Part shown: piece by piece, positions 27,051-41,480 of the stretch | Numbering within the stretch: position 1 is the first letter of the stretch | Layout of the letters: every line of letters starts with the position of its first letter | DNA from: Auanema rhodensis | Taxonomy: Eukaryota > Animalia > Nematoda | Reading direction: 5' to 3' | Assembly: GCA_964057225.1 (NCBI GenBank) | Contig: OZ059897.1 | Span: forward strand, 9,114,001-9,178,000 | Length of the DNA: 64,000 bases | Position numbers and translations under genes: made by a program | Notes under the pieces: generated by a model | Databases searched by the model: none | What the model was told of the DNA's origin: nothing | Seen by the model: only the letters and a program-made list of their open reading frames with translations

Positions 27051-29401
27051 ATGATAGATGATCATGAATTTTTGACATATTATCTAACATATGATAACTA
27101 CGCAATGTTAGGCTGATAATTAACAATAATAAGACGAGAAACATAAAGCTACCTGTGGGAGGAATTGGAGAGATGGGCTCCAATTTTGGCAAAGAGTAAC
27201 TGTAGCTGTTGGCTAGACGGATTAGAAAATATAGGTGAGTTTTCGTGTTCAGACGAATACAGAAGGTGGTTGTCGTCAGTCGCGACGGCCATCAATTCAT
27301 GACACCAAACGCGATGACGACTTGATGAACGTCAACTCGTAATTATTGTCTTCGACTCTTTCGTTTCAGGTGTGTGAGTGTGTGTATAGTATAGACAGAG
27401 ATATGTCTTTGTGAGCACACTGAATCAACTTCTCTCCTGGATTTTGGATAGTTCAGCTGGTCGTCCGAATGGATTTGTGTCGACAGATGGATGAACAGAT
27501 TTAACAGAGTTCGTTATGATCTCTTGTTTAGAAGAAATACTTAGTTTAAGAGAAGAAATATGAGAACACGTACGTGCTATGACGTTTGTGTTAAAGGTCT
27601 AGTTTTAGCTCAGAATAATTGTCCAGGAAAGGCGATAATATGCCGTATATGAGGTTAACTTACGGAGGGAAAAGCTGATGACGACAGCACCAAATCCAAG
27701 GAGAGACCCGATAAACTGCAAAGAAATACGAAGAGGGAGAAGAAGGAAGGAGAGAAGTTGCAGGGAGTAGATAGAAAACGAACTAGGAGGAGGGGTAGGA
27801 GGAGGGGGAGAATTTGACAACAGGAGAATATCTGGGGTTGGCTCAGACGAGGAGAGAAAAAGAGCGAGATGTTGAGCACTGGGTCAAACCAAGCTCTATG
27901 GATAGGCTGTTTCAGGCAGCCTTTCCAATGCTCTCTCTTTCAGTTATCTATCTCTCACTCTCTCCGTCATTTCAAGTTTCATGTGGATCTATTTCATGTT
28001 TTCTGAGTGTATACTCTCTTTTGCAAAAGAACATGAAGAGAAAAAAAAGATAGATAGACAGAAAGATAGAGGAAGTTATGAGTGAAATAGAATAAAGAAA
28101 AGAGGAGAGTTAAAATAGAGTAAGAACACTGAAGAGTGGAAGAGAGAGTTAGAGGAAAATATAAGGAGAAAGAGAGAGAGAGAAAAAAAAGAGATGAAGA
28201 GTCAGTTGAAGGATTTTTTTTTTCAAAAAGAGAAAATGAGGAACGAGAGATGAGACATTGTATAGAGAGAGTGGAGATGAACAGAAAGATAGAGAGTGGA
28301 TGAACGATATACACCAAAGTGTGTTATGCTAGTTCTTAGAGCTTGGTATAAGTGTGAGGAAGAGATAAATCTTTTTTATCTTTTTTTTCTTTTCTTCCTT
28401 CTTTCAATTTGAAATCGAATACAATACACATTGGGTTTTTTTCTACAAATTATGGGATCAGATGCACTTTGAGAGTTCAATGTTCAGTAGTTGAAGCTGA
28501 AAATCATCTGAGTTATTCAAACATTTTAAAAATTCATTAAGATATCTTTACATTTGAACTATCTTCATATATCAGCTAAAGAATGAGAAAATTTTGCTGT
28601 TGTGGCAGCTGAAGAAGAATGATAAATCCACTTGTTTCCAACTTTGTGCTGCAAGCTTTTGCATCTACTTTTTGTCTTTTTCTGGCGTCTTTTCCATGTA
28701 AACTTTGAAAAGATGTCAGCCTGTTTAGATTTATCTTTTCAGTTCTCTGATCCATATAAGGAAGATAAATCGTTCTCAACAGCTCATGATTTTCCAAATG
28801 TGTGTATGCATGTGTATGTGCATGTTCTGGAGATTCAGTAACGAAAGATGAACATAAGCAGAAGAAGAGGAAGAAGAGGAAGATGATGACGAAGAAGAAG
28901 TAGAAGAAGAGGACGACGAAGACGTATAAGTATAAGAAGAACAAGACGAAACAAGTAGCTGTGTAGCATGAGCATCATATACAAGAACATCATCCCAAGC
29001 TTCAAGTTTCTCTCGTCAAACCTAAGGGTTTGAAGAAAAAAACATTTGAAAATGAAAAGACAGAAAAACTAGTCGCTAAAACAGAAGTATATCCGAATAT
29101 GTAAATACATATATAGTATATATATCTTATTTTTTCTATTTTTTCTACTTAATTTATATAAATATATTGATTAATTTAATATTATGTATACTATATAGTA
29201 TATATTATATAGTAATATAGTAATATATATAGATATATTAGACACATCAATTTATATTTTTTTTTTCTGAATGAAGAGCCAGTTTTTCTTGTATGAATAA
29301 AAAAATTATAATTAACAGAAATTATGGCCTCACAAACGAAAGGATAGAATAATAAGATGATGAAAAAGACATTTTTTTTCATTCAGGAAATCTGATTATA
29401 G

Positions 29402-29565
29402 TTCTCTCTTTTTCATTCCCTCTTTATTTCTCTCTCTCCCTCTTTTTTTCTCTCTCTCTATCTCCCTCTCTCCCTCTCTTTCTCTCTCTCTCTCTATCTC
29501 TCTCTATCTCCCTCTCTCCCTCTCTTTCTCTCTCTCTCTCTCTATCTCTCTCTATCTCCCTCTCT
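29402..29565. repeat. Compound (CT)n tract with an internal duplicated unit
   Basis: Visible. Confidence 0.85.
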
Positions 29566-32500
29566 ACTTGTTCCTTATTTGAAGCATCATACTTGATATA
29601 AAATAATAGTATAAATAAAAATTCATAATATTCTTAATGGCATAACCTTATTTAAGATCCAAAAAAAGCCAATAAATCTTATACGAAATATAGAGATAAA
29701 CATGACTATTAATTTCAAATATGATGCAATAAAGTCATTTTCTACGCAAAAAATAGTAATTTTAATCTTTTAAAGAGGGAAAATATATATATGAAAACTA
29801 ACTGAATGTTAATGCTATGATTTTTTTTCAGCTGGGCTTGCAAAAGGCTTTTCTATAACAGATTTTCCTGAACAATAAAGAAGATAAGAAAAGAGATTCG
29901 GGAGAAAAAGCGAGTAAAGAGCCAAAATAATAGAAAAAGCTTGAAATTTGCTTAAAATGGTTGAAAATGAGGATGTATTATACATATTGTGATACGAGAG
30001 TGATTTTCATGTAAAGAAATACAAACTTTAAAGAAAATACGCTTTATGTTCTCATCTTTGCTCTTCTGAAGTCAGAACTCTCTGAGAACGTCATTTGATG
30101 GAGGCCTAGCTTTAACTTGACTTGTAGACCAGATTATGCAAATGAGCATGAAGTCGTTTCTTTCATATGCTAATCAATTGGCCGTATGCTTCTAACCGGA
30201 AAAGCTAGATATATATGATTTAAGATACATTATTATATGCTAATTATAATTACAATTCACGTGATGACGTGACGACGTGATCATTCTCACATAGTCAATG
30301 ATATATTGATTATTTCATTATTTTCATTTCATATAATAAGTTATAAGAAAGTTTAAAGAAAGATATTTGAATAAAGCAGATATGTGAAAACGGTTGTGTG
30401 TTCATCTCATTCAAAGAACAGTCTCATTTATCATCATTTTTGTATAATAATTATAGTTAAATATTCGAAATAATTAAAATTTATAGAAAATTACAATTTA
30501 ATAATTAACTAATCATATATTTAACTATAAAATAAGAAAAAATATATGTATAATCTGAATCTGTTTGTTTAATGTTAATCAAATGAAAAAGTCTATTTTT
30601 GGGAACATAAAATTAGATGAAAAGCTACAACAATTGATAAAAAATATACAAAGATATACATATAAGATTAGAAGAGATAACTAGTTGGAGAAAAATTGAG
30701 AGATTGAGTTAGTAAATGGAAAATACATGGATGCATGCTCATATCTACTATCTAATAGTTCATACCGTGTTGATAGTTTGAACATGAAGCTTTTACGAAA
30801 TCAGTGAAAATGAAGATACTTCTCGAAATCTATGAATAAGATATTGATGAAAATAGAGTAAAAAAAGAATTAAATTAGCAAATAATATAGTTTACATAAT
30901 AGAATTAGAAACAAATGACAATGTTATCTATGTATAGTTTCAGTAAAATAATCTAAATTTACTTATTTTAAGAAATGAAAATTATTATTATATATATCTA
31001 TATCTATATATTATAATAATAATAATTTAAATATTTAAATTTATATTTAAATTGGTCAAAAGCCTCAAAGTTCAATTGATTTGTCACAGAACATCAAATA
31101 CTTGAATGCTCAACAACTCAGGAAGAACAGGGAGTGACCCATGTTGATGGGTCTGTCTGCTCTTCGTAGCTTAATTCAGTTACAGTTCTTAGATTTCGTG
31201 AGAAAAGGAGGATCTTAGAAAATAATATATGCTTCGTTCATCAATAACTGGAAGAATAAGCTATGAAGGACGGTGCAGCTGACACATTAGAATACGAGCG
31301 ATCGGCTCTTCAATGTGTTGACAGAATATTCATATAGTTCACGGTGCTACAGATGAATAATAGCTTTTTGCGGTTATATAGTTAGAAAATAAAAATAAGT
31401 TCATGCAGAATCAAGCTTGATGCTGTAAATGCTTGATCAATACATGAATCAAATTTAGTAGAAACTTTAAAAATTGTGGTTGTATATCAAGTATATCTAA
31501 TCAGCTACAAATAGATTTTTCGTCATGTCTAATCCAAAAGAATTTATTTACATCGTTTCATACAGCATGAATTACAAGTTCAACTTGAGATTGGTCTATG
31601 TTCATTCAGAAATTCCTCATTCACAACAGAGTAAAAGAGTGAGATATTTGGAAGATTTCAAGTAAAATGTCTTTGACAAGAATAAAAGACCACCAATGCC
31701 GAGGTGCTTCAAAAGTGTTTTTCCATGAAATATGAAGATGCAATTTCTCATGGATGTAGTAGAATGTATTCCCACACAAGTCTTAAGGATGTAACTGGTT
31801 TGGTGTTCTTGAAGATGAATATTTTAAGCTCAGAATGTATAAGAATATTAAATATATTTAGATATTTTCTATTTTCATTCACATAAATAAGAAAAATGAA
31901 AAATTTGTTTTTTGAAATTGTTGAAACAACTGGCAAGGTACGACTATCTGGATTCCTCTGACCATCCAGATAATATGAATTTCATTTTTTTTTTGAAATA
32001 ATTATAATAAATAATAATTTACTATATTAAATGAACATTCAAGTAAAAAATATTCTCCAAAAGTCCGAAAGCATTATAGCTCTAGGTCAATTTTCATAAC
32101 AAAATTGCGAAAAAAAAAATGAAATTTTCAAAAAAGTATGAATAGAATTTAAGAAATAATCAATTAACTTCCTCATTTTACACTATTTTTTTTAATATTT
32201 TAGACTTAGCTGTTAATGTTCTCAGTTAAAAATTGTCATTAATCTCTTGATAATTCAGGATGAAAAATGGATTTTCAGCATCAAATTGTCATGTAGTAGG
32301 CTTTTTTTACACAAATGCTGATAAAAATCAGAAAGAAGCAGCTTTTTTTTTACCAAAATTTCATATTCTCTAAACATTTTTTCAAAAAAAAAAATCTTAA
32401 TAACATGAACAACTGTTTTTAAGCAAAAAGAAATGAGAAAATGGTAGTACCTTTAAGCTGTAAAAGAATAAAAGTTTACGAAACGGAAAGCAAAAAAAAA

Positions 32501-33988
32501 AAAAGAATTTGGAGGAAAAACATTAAAATTAAGAATGTTTCAGTGGAAAAATTAGAAAATTGTAAAATATCGTTCTAAACAATGAGCTTTTGAAGGATAA
32601 AATATTTAAAAACAATAATTATTGTAATGAGCTAAGAAAGGACAAGTTCATCAAGTACATGCATTACTAGCATGTGTTTCAGAAGAAAAGAAGTGAAATT
32701 CATGAAACTACTTGTATAGCAAATGAATTAATACATTAGGAATTGGTGAAAAATCAAAATGTTACACCGATTTTTTGTTTTTTTTTAAATTTATTTGATG
32801 TATAGAAACATTCGTTATTCGCAAAAATGGAAATGATTTGAACGAACAAATTGGTGACTGAGAAGTAAGATGTGAAACGATTGGTATGAAAGCATGTAAC
32901 AACTCGAATCGGCTGCAACGACAGAAGCCGTTTTCTTAGGTTTTTTTTGAGATACAAAACAAAACGACATGTAAAAGCAGGTGTTAAAAACAATTTTAAG
33001 TGAAAAACTGACGAAACACATGAAATCTTGAATGAGGATGATCAATAAGAAAGCGAATTCGGTAACGAAATGCAGACATGAATTTAAGGTGAAGACACAA
33101 CAGAGTATGCATATGTGCATATAGCTAATGAACAACGCCAACAAAAAAAAATGTTTAAACATTTTGAATAAAGCTGGTGCGCTAAAATGAAAACTTTGAG
33201 TTGCAACATGAAGCTTCGAATAGTGTGCTGGAAGCAATTTAAAGAAATTACGTAATCAAGTGCATATGCGAATGAAGAGGAAAATAAATTGGTATAGCAC
33301 AGAATTATTATGTGACTTGAAATAAGCAAAAAAGAGAAAATAAAAAAAAACGAAGGTTTTTCATTGTTGAAAATGTGTCCGCTGTGTATACTATTCATTT
33401 GAATTTATTCATTTATCGTCTTCATCTATAGCATTAACGCATAATATTCTTCATGTTGATAAATTGCTATTTCAGGTTAAAAGTAAAACAACAATTCACA
33501 TTTTGCCCTTTATTAACATTGGAGGTGGCAGGTTTTCTTTTATTTTTTGAAGTAAATATTCAATGGAGGTTTAAGGTAAGAAGGTTGTTAGGTTTTTGGT
33601 GTCAATTTAATTGAGTGCAGAACATGATTTAGCGCATAAACCCCCCCCCCCCTCTCCTCCCTTCAAATGGCGAAACGCTTATATACCACCAAACTATTAT
33701 GTATTCATACATGTGCATATTGAACTGAAGGAAAATTATCCAACAAAAGAAATGCGAAAATTCTTCCACATAGATCGCTTCGCTGATCAAAATGTTTCTT
33801 CTTCAAGTTTTTTTCATTTTAGAGTTTGGGTGGTAAGCAGCATTTGGAAAAAAATCCTTAAGTTGTAGACAGCCGATGAAGAAAAATTGATGAGAATGAC
33901 TGAGAAGCTGATTGAAACGATATAGGGTGAGAAAGCCAGAAGAACAGTGCACAAGGGAGAAAACGAAAGCATAAGCAAGAGAGGGTAA

Positions 33989-34038
33989 GAGAGAGAGAGA
34001 GAGAGAAAGAGGGAAGAAGAGAAGGAGAGAAAGAGAGC

Positions 34039-34086
<48 letters not shown>
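33989..34086. repeat. (GA)n microsatellite
   Basis: Visible. Confidence 0.9.
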
Positions 34087-34088
<2 letters not shown>

Positions 34089-35959
34089 ATGATAGAAGAA
34101 AAGAGAGATAATGATGATGATGAAATGAAGATAGCATAGAGGAGGCAAAAATTTACAAATTTAGCTAACAAGTAGAATTAGTTTCATGAGAAGAAAGCTT
34201 GTCGTTGTCGATAGAAAACCAGTGAACGAAGGGAGACTGACTCCTGGAAGCCAAAAAATAGAATTTTTGAACAGATGAAGAGGATGGGAAACAAGGAAAT
34301 GTGAACAACTTCACAGTGGGCCTAACGACAGGAAAACTGCCTGATTTTGCTGTTTCCGTTTAAAGTCTTTCAAAACTTAACAGCATGTGAATATTCAGAG
34401 AGAGAAAGAGTTAGAACCGAAACATTAAAAGCTTTAAAGTATCATCAAGTGTGGCTTTTAATTCTTCATTTCAGCTTATTTCTTCGTCTTTTTCAGCGGT
34501 GATTAACTTAAAATGAGATGAGCGAAAGAGAATTGCAGCTCAAGCACATGACTTGTATCTATTTATCGTCTTGAGTTTCGTTTTTTTCTAAACTAATATC
34601 CGCAAAGTTAAGTTTTAGCCTTTAAAGACATTGTTAACTCCTACTCAATAGTAATGTTATTCTTTTTTATATTTCCAGCAAACTTAATCAGAAAAAAACA
34701 TGAAGAACTTGAATAAGTCAAGCTGAAACACAATATTTTATTAATTTTTAATTCTTACTCAAAGAAAACACTAAGAATACGAAAAGGTTTGTTTGATCAC
34801 GAACATTCATATACATCAAATGTGTTTAGAAATGTTAATTTGCCTTTTTGATGTTTTTAGTCTAATCCAGGCTAACCTGCCTATCTTAACCAGAAATAGA
34901 ATAATTTACTCATTCGCTACAACTGTTTCCTCGAATTGAAAATGAATTCTTTTAATTTTGATATTATCAAAAAGCTCTATGTATATATACGTAGACATGT
35001 ATACATACTACAGGTGTAACTGAAGTTAATTGTGACTGATACTGTGATAAGAGCCGAATGATTTTGAGTTGCACTCAGTTCAATAAGTTTCTACAGTTCT
35101 TTTCAGTTCTTTTAATTTATTATATTATTATAATTATATATAAATATTATTTTTTTTCAAATTAATGATAGTTTGAAGACAAATCATTTTTCAATTATCA
35201 TTGTTTTATTGAGCAGAAAATGTTTTCTACACAAATGAACACAACCGCACATCCGCTATTTACTAGATGAAATGATAAACTTTGTTGACGTTTTTTTCAC
35301 GTGGAAAGTTGCGTCATTGCATGCGCCTAAGGTCTACGTGGATAAATGAAGCAACATTGATGCAATTCCTATCTTTTCTCTCGAAATAAAAGTTGTAAAA
35401 GGAATCTTTGACCGTCTGCTCAAACTTTAATTATGACCCAAATTTAACTATATATTATAACCAAATCATTAAAGTATCACCATACAGAATGACATGACTT
35501 TAAAAAGCATGATAAGATTATACTCAATGTATATATCTGATAAAGATTCGTGTCTAGATCATAGAAAGAAAAGAAGAATGATCCGATTATATAGTATACT
35601 AAGCTAGTGAATGACTCTATCGATAAAGCAAACTTTGGAAACTAAGATTTGAAATTAGAGCATAGATCATAACATGGGCAGCATGATATTGAACTTGTTT
35701 AACAATAAAATATAACTGTATGAAAGGAAATAAAAATAGATAAGTATTGAAGACGAATAATAGTATGATTGGTAGGTAGATTGAGAATTCGTATAGAATT
35801 TCGTTTATGAGTTCATTTTGAAGATTGTATTGTATTTTTTTGTGTTTTTGATACAAAAAAAAGTAAAAAGCACATCATAATATAGTATATATTGGTATAT
35901 ATAACATATAATAGATAGTGTAAGATAGTTAAGAAAAAAAATGTTTTGAATGAACTAAC

Positions 35960-36177
35960 CTATATTGAAATACATCTGATTGACGACGAAGAATTTTGAA
36001 ACGATTCTTAGGTACTACGTCTACACTTTCCCGTGTAGCAGTGATTGGACTTGCAGCTTCACATGGAGATGAAGAAATAATTGGAGATGATGGTGGAGAA
36101 GAACAGTCAAATGAACTTGTAATTGAATCTTGTTGTTGAAGTCTCATCTTATTCGGTAATGTATAATAATCTTGCAT
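35960..36177 (-). CDS. pde-4: pde-4 distal first coding exon (MQDYYTLPNK...KILRRQSDVFQYR)
   Basis: ATG at 36177, 218 nt, donor AG|GTTAGT in phase 2. Splicing to 20776 gives RRQSDVFQYRSDG. Ser/Pro-rich regulatory-type N-terminus. Confidence 0.65.
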
Positions 36178-39100
36178 TATATGTCCTAATGTCGTCAGTC
36201 AATGAAGCTGATGAAGATGATGACAACAGATATGTGAGAATAAATCTGTAATATTATGCGAATATATACTAAAGAAATTAATGATTTTAAGTAATAAATG
36301 ATGGAAAAAAGAATAAATCATTAAAACTTGAAACAAAGATTAAGGATATAGTAGTTTAGAAGCATTGATCACTGTGTTAAAACGAATAGTATGGCAAAGC
36401 ACTCAACAACTCCGCCCTTCTTCTCACCTTATCAGCAATCAGTGAAATTAAAAATCAGTTTTAAGCTACGGTTTTAAAGAAACATGAGAAACAAAAACAA
36501 TGAAGAAAAAGATAAAAATGTTGCAGAAAACTATAAGAATACAGAAATATGATTAGATTTAGTTATTGTATATTATAATTTGTTGGTTTAAAAATTAAAA
36601 AAAAAAGATTTTTTATATATATATGTATTTATATAAATAATTGAAATAAAAATCTAAATTCTAATTGATATTATAGGAAAATTTAATAGTTTATCACAAA
36701 CTATTTCAAAAATTTTAATTTTATTTGTGAACTAATGAACATTCTTTTTAAAATATTTGCATGTTTTCCATGATTGATGTCGAAAAAAAAAGTGGTAAAA
36801 TCGTCTTTTTCATCAAACGATAACGTCTTAACCATCTTTGGAAATCAAAAATGTTGTCATGAAAATTGTAATTATAATAGAAATAAATATATTTGATTAG
36901 ATATCTAATCATCTATCTTTATCCTCTTTTCATTTAAAAAATTGTTAAATTTTTGATTTAATATTGATTATTACTATAAAGAAAATGAAAGAGAATATAT
37001 TCTAATATACTGTATTAAAATGATAAAACAAAATGATTTTAGCACTAAATAAAATAAAAAAAATAGTTTTATTAACTATAAAATATATAAAATTTTAATA
37101 TATGCATCACGTTTATTGATTTATAGAATTCTAATCCTATTTCTGTATGTATAAGTCTGTCCTTTTTTGAATATATGAGAATGGGATGAGCTATGATGTT
37201 TTAAATTTTTTAAATATATAAAAAAAAATTTATAAAGAATATATGTATATTATATATAATATTATGTTTTATATACATACATATCTGCATATATTTGGGT
37301 ATTTCCTTGAAAATTTCATGAAAAACTACAAACTTTACGAAACACTGATCATAAGACAATATGATTTGAAATGTATTCTATGCTTACATGTGTACTTGTT
37401 TGGGAATATCAGATGTAACTAACTACTAGTATAGGAGATTAGTACGCATAAAATATCTATTAATATGTCAATTTTACATAATTTATTCCCAAAAAAACAA
37501 CAAAAAGAATATTTGTTTTGATTTAAATTAATTATACATATAGTTAGTTGTTATGTGTATGTGTGCTGACCTTTAGCTCAAAATATGACGACCAAAAAAA
37601 GTTTAGTTTAGGACATTTTCTAAAACGAGATTGCTGAACTATGAAAACTATGTCAGTTGAGAAAAATTAAAAAATATCGGAAAACAGAGAGAAATAGCAG
37701 ATTTTTGAACATAAAGAGAGGATTGAGAATAAAAAATTTGTCGCTGCTTTGCATAATAAACGTTAAAATAATGTATCGGAAGGTCAAGTTTCAAAGTATT
37801 ACAAAGTGAATTAATATACTCCGACTTCACAAAAAATTCATTTTCTTGTTGAAACCTTTTTTTTGCTCGAAAATGTGAATTTTATATGAAATTGCTGTAG
37901 GCAAAACCAGGATTGAAGTTAGAATTAGATCAGATGAAAGCTATCAAACATATCTTTTGGAAAAATAGAACCATATGGCTGAGAAACGAATACTTCTGGT
38001 TGCAAGTTACACTTGTAAACGATTTGAAGCGAAAACATTCGAACTGAAAAGAGGCTTGAAAAGCCTATTGAAAGACAAAAAAAAAGATTTTCTGATAATT
38101 ACGTAATCGGACTAGAAGTTTGATGGTACTTCATGCGATTGTGAAGTACAAAAGTATGATGAAACTGTATATGAACAGAGGTCATACTAACAATTCTTCT
38201 ATTTGAAATCTATTTATAAATATTTTCTTTCAAAATAAATGAAATGAAATAATTAATTTGACACGCATTTGATGTAGTTAAAGCAATAAAAGGGTAAAAT
38301 AATAAGAGTATGATATAGAGAGTAAAATGAAGAGATTAAAAGAGAAATAGAGAGGTAAAAGAAGATGAAAGAAGACGACAAAATTGAGAAAAGACCATAT
38401 GAAGTGAGAAAGAGAGAGACGTGTTAAAAGAGAAAGAGCGAGGGTGCACAGCGAACGAAGCGTTTATAACAAGAGCTAGCCAACTCAATACTGTGATAGA
38501 TTCAACGAGCATAAGAAGCAGAGATAAAGCGCGAATTCCTACCTCCAGTTTCTCCTTCATTGTCTGGTTCCTCCGCTTTATTTTCTTCTCATTCTCATGA
38601 AAAGTACTCCTTTGAGAATTCAGATGAAACAACGTTTTTATGGATAATATTGAGAAACAATAGAAAAATTATACATATAGAAAGTCAAAAACTGAAGATA
38701 ATTTATTGAAAATATAATGAATGTAGTTTATATTTTTCAGAATAATTAGATGTTGAAAGATGATTCAATCAATAACTGTTTGTTTTTTAAATAATATGCA
38801 TAGTATAAACAGGATACTATACTCATCGCTTTATAAGTAAATAATCTCTAAAGAAAAATTAAACTTATTCATGATAATATGTATGAGACAAGAGAAATGA
38901 TTAACTATTTGAAAAAAAATGTTTTCAAACGACACAAAGCAGTAGCTTTGACATGTCATGGTCATGTCATGGATTTGAGATATCCTCAATAGGAGGCTAT
39001 AACAAACTGATATTTCAGTATCAATATAGAGAATATATTAAACTATATAGTAATTCTAAAGAGAGAAAAAATCTTTGTGGAATAGAAAGTATAACGAGAG

Positions 39101-40207
39101 AAAGCGAGAGAGAGAGAGAGAGGAAAGGGGAAAAGAAATAACGTTGAACACTAGTAAGATTGAGCTTTGAAATGGAAAATGAAGATGAGAAGAAAACGAA
39201 AACGAGAGATAAAGGGAAATAAAAAAGGAGCAAAATAGGTTGAACCGCCGATAAAGAACTAAAAGTTGGATAAAACAGAGGAAAGAAGCACAACCGTCCG
39301 GATTATCAAATTTCAAAAACGAAAATGACGCAAGAAAACGTGAACAACATGAAAAAATTTGTTCAAATGAGATAATACGTGAAGATGAGTCACGTATGAT
39401 GTAACCTGATTGTAAATATGCTAATTCGAATAAACTTTTATGATTGTTATCGTCGGTTCATTTGTTTGTTGAACTAGTTCATAAACAGCGAATAACGAAC
39501 AACAACAGGAGTGTGGTGAAAGCAGTAGCATTTACAAAGCAACATGCTCATCGTCCTCGTGTTCTTCAATCTTGAGTTGTCGTTTATAATGAGATTCTTC
39601 GTGATTTCTATGCATCAGAATATGTACCTGACAATCTTTCTATATGTATTCGTTACTTACATACATGCATCTCTCTTTTGCTTCTGGCTCTTTTACCCAA
39701 ATTGAACCGATAATTATCAGATAGCTAGCAATTGTAGTTGAATGCGAAAAAGAAAATAATAGGAATGCGACATTAGCTTTGAATATAAAATCAAAAACGA
39801 AATAGGAATACTATATATACATAGTATAATGCATATTGTATAGTTTATAGTTAAACAACTCTTTATATAACAATTAGAAGAACTTATAATGTACTTACAT
39901 TGGCTATTCTTTCATTATATATGACACATCTCTTGATGTGCTTTCGTTTTTCATGAAAACAAAAACCATTCTTGTCATCCATCATAATCTGAGATTCAGA
40001 ATATGTCCTCATTCTGTCTCATAAGCCATCTCTGCCTAGCTATTTTCCATCAAATATTTCTCGAAAAGCCAAAGCATAATGTTGAAACATGTTCATAAAT
40101 AGGATATTTCTCGTTTTAGGAATTATGATAATATACATAAATGCGTAATTTTAATATAATGTTATTACCTCATTATCATTATCTATAGTTTTCTTTCTCC
40201 ATTCTAC

Positions 40208-40228
40208 CTCTCTCTTTCTCTCTCTCTA

Positions 40229-40282
<54 letters not shown>

Positions 40283-40290
40283 TCTCTCTC
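40208..40290. repeat. (CT)n microsatellite at the left edge of the mobile-element island
   Basis: Visible. Confidence 0.9.
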
Positions 40291-40493
40291 AAGGTAGTAT
40301 ATAAAATGTTGTTACTAGACCACCTTTTTGCCCAATCTTCAATGTCTACACTTTTTGGTCATTTTTCAGGCTTTATTTTACCAAAAATGTGTTTACTTCG
40401 AACAAAAACATAACATGCTTGAAAAAACCACTTTTTGGACCATTTTGCTCATTTCACAATTTTTGATCATTTCAAACGATTTTAAGGTAATAA

Positions 40494-40720
40494 ATGACAA
40501 AATTGAGAAAAGAGCTTGAAGCTCTAACAAACTTCGAACTCTTAGATTAGTAGACACATTAGAAATAAAAAATTTCCGTGAAATATTTATAAGAGACCCT
40601 TTGCCACCACAAGGAATTAAAGAAAAAGAAGTCGGAATTGTAAATTTAGATTCTTCAAATAATCAAGAAACTCACTGGTGTTATTCCAAAAAGAAAGATA
40701 ACATTTATTACCATAAATAA
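40494..40720 (+). pseudogene. Adenain-like (Polinton PRO) cysteine protease fragment
   Basis: MTKLRKELEALTNFELLD / frameshift / VDTLEIKNFREIFIRDPLPPQGIKEKEVGIVNLDSSNNQETHWCY matches the Polinton protease pattern L.NF....NFRGVF.RD.LP....E.GIVNLD......THW. Truncated after the catalytic His region. Confidence 0.8.
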
Positions 40721-40765
40721 TTATATAGCGAACAAGAGAATCCCATAATAAACGTACAAGAACAT

Positions 40766-41480
40766 TCATTGTTTAACAAGCTTGAAGTTCTTATTGCGCC
40801 AGTCGACGATGATTGATAGCTCCAAATGTTGCATTGCATCCGCGCCAAGGATGTTGACTTCTGCGAAATGGGCTTTGGAGACTTCACATTCGATCTCAGT
40901 CGTGTGATCCTGAACATTTTAAATTACTCATAAAACTCCAAACAAAAGAGAAAACAAACCTGGACGGCCACATCGAAGCAAGAATGAGTTACATTGCCTT
41001 AACCATAGTGACTTTTCAGCGACTTGACGCTAAGGCAGGTGAAGGGCAAACCCGTATCCACCAAGAACAAGATAAATACGGAGTTCGGCTTGCCTGGATG
41101 AGGAACCAAAAGATCATGGCTGTGGAATTTCGCTTACCGGCGCCTGAAAATTAGAGGGACCATGTATCGAAGGTTATTGCCGTGAACCGTCCTCATTGCG
41201 GGAAAAGCGGAAGAAGGAAAAGTTCCGGAGCTGAGGTGTTTAATACTTTTGCTGAGCCCACTCTGAAGAACAAAGCTTTTCAAAAATTTTATTAGATGCA
41301 ATAGTAAAAATTCATCCTACCTCAACAAGTTCTTCATTGTTAATATCCGAGACTAAAACATCAAATTCATCGTATGGTAGAGCGAGCTTGTGCCAAAACT
41401 CATCTGACGACAAACTTTAATAAAAGAAATATCAATTTAGAAACACATAAATGTATTCCTACCTTGTTGTGTTCACTCAT
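40766..41480 (-). pseudogene. Five-exon retropepsin-like (DTG) aspartic-protease-family gene, probably pseudogenised, located inside the Maverick remnant
   Basis: Exons: 41480-41463 (MSEHNK); about 41416-41321 (LSSDEFW...YDEFDVLVSDINNEELVE); 41262-41138 (...HGNNLRYMVPLIF); 41093-40960 (KPNSVFILFLVDTGLPFTCLSVKSL...FDVAVQ, one in-frame TAA); 40909-40766 (DHTTEIECEVSKAHFAEVNILGADAMQHLELSIIVDWRNKNFKLVKQ*). GT-AG introns of 44-58 nt. FLVDTG and NILG motifs are retropepsin hallmarks. One phase mismatch and a weak exon-2 acceptor. Confidence 0.75.

Noticed and set aside
27605-27879. Possible pde-4 exon ending at a GTAAGT near 27663
   Set aside because: The open frames end in phase 0 or 1, incompatible with the phase-2 acceptors, and the sequence is low-complexity.
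31944-31975. Short hairpins and palindromes (also near 3600, 31135 and 54965)
   Set aside because: Isolated stems of 7-9 bp are expected by chance and have no supporting context.
26835-34171. Many ERERER/LSLSLS and hydrophobic ORFs
   Set aside because: These are translations of (GA)n microsatellites and AT-rich intron sequence.
40708-40917. ORF-track 69-aa minus-strand ORF
   Set aside because: Wrong frame; the real reading is the last exon of the DTG gene (40909-40766).
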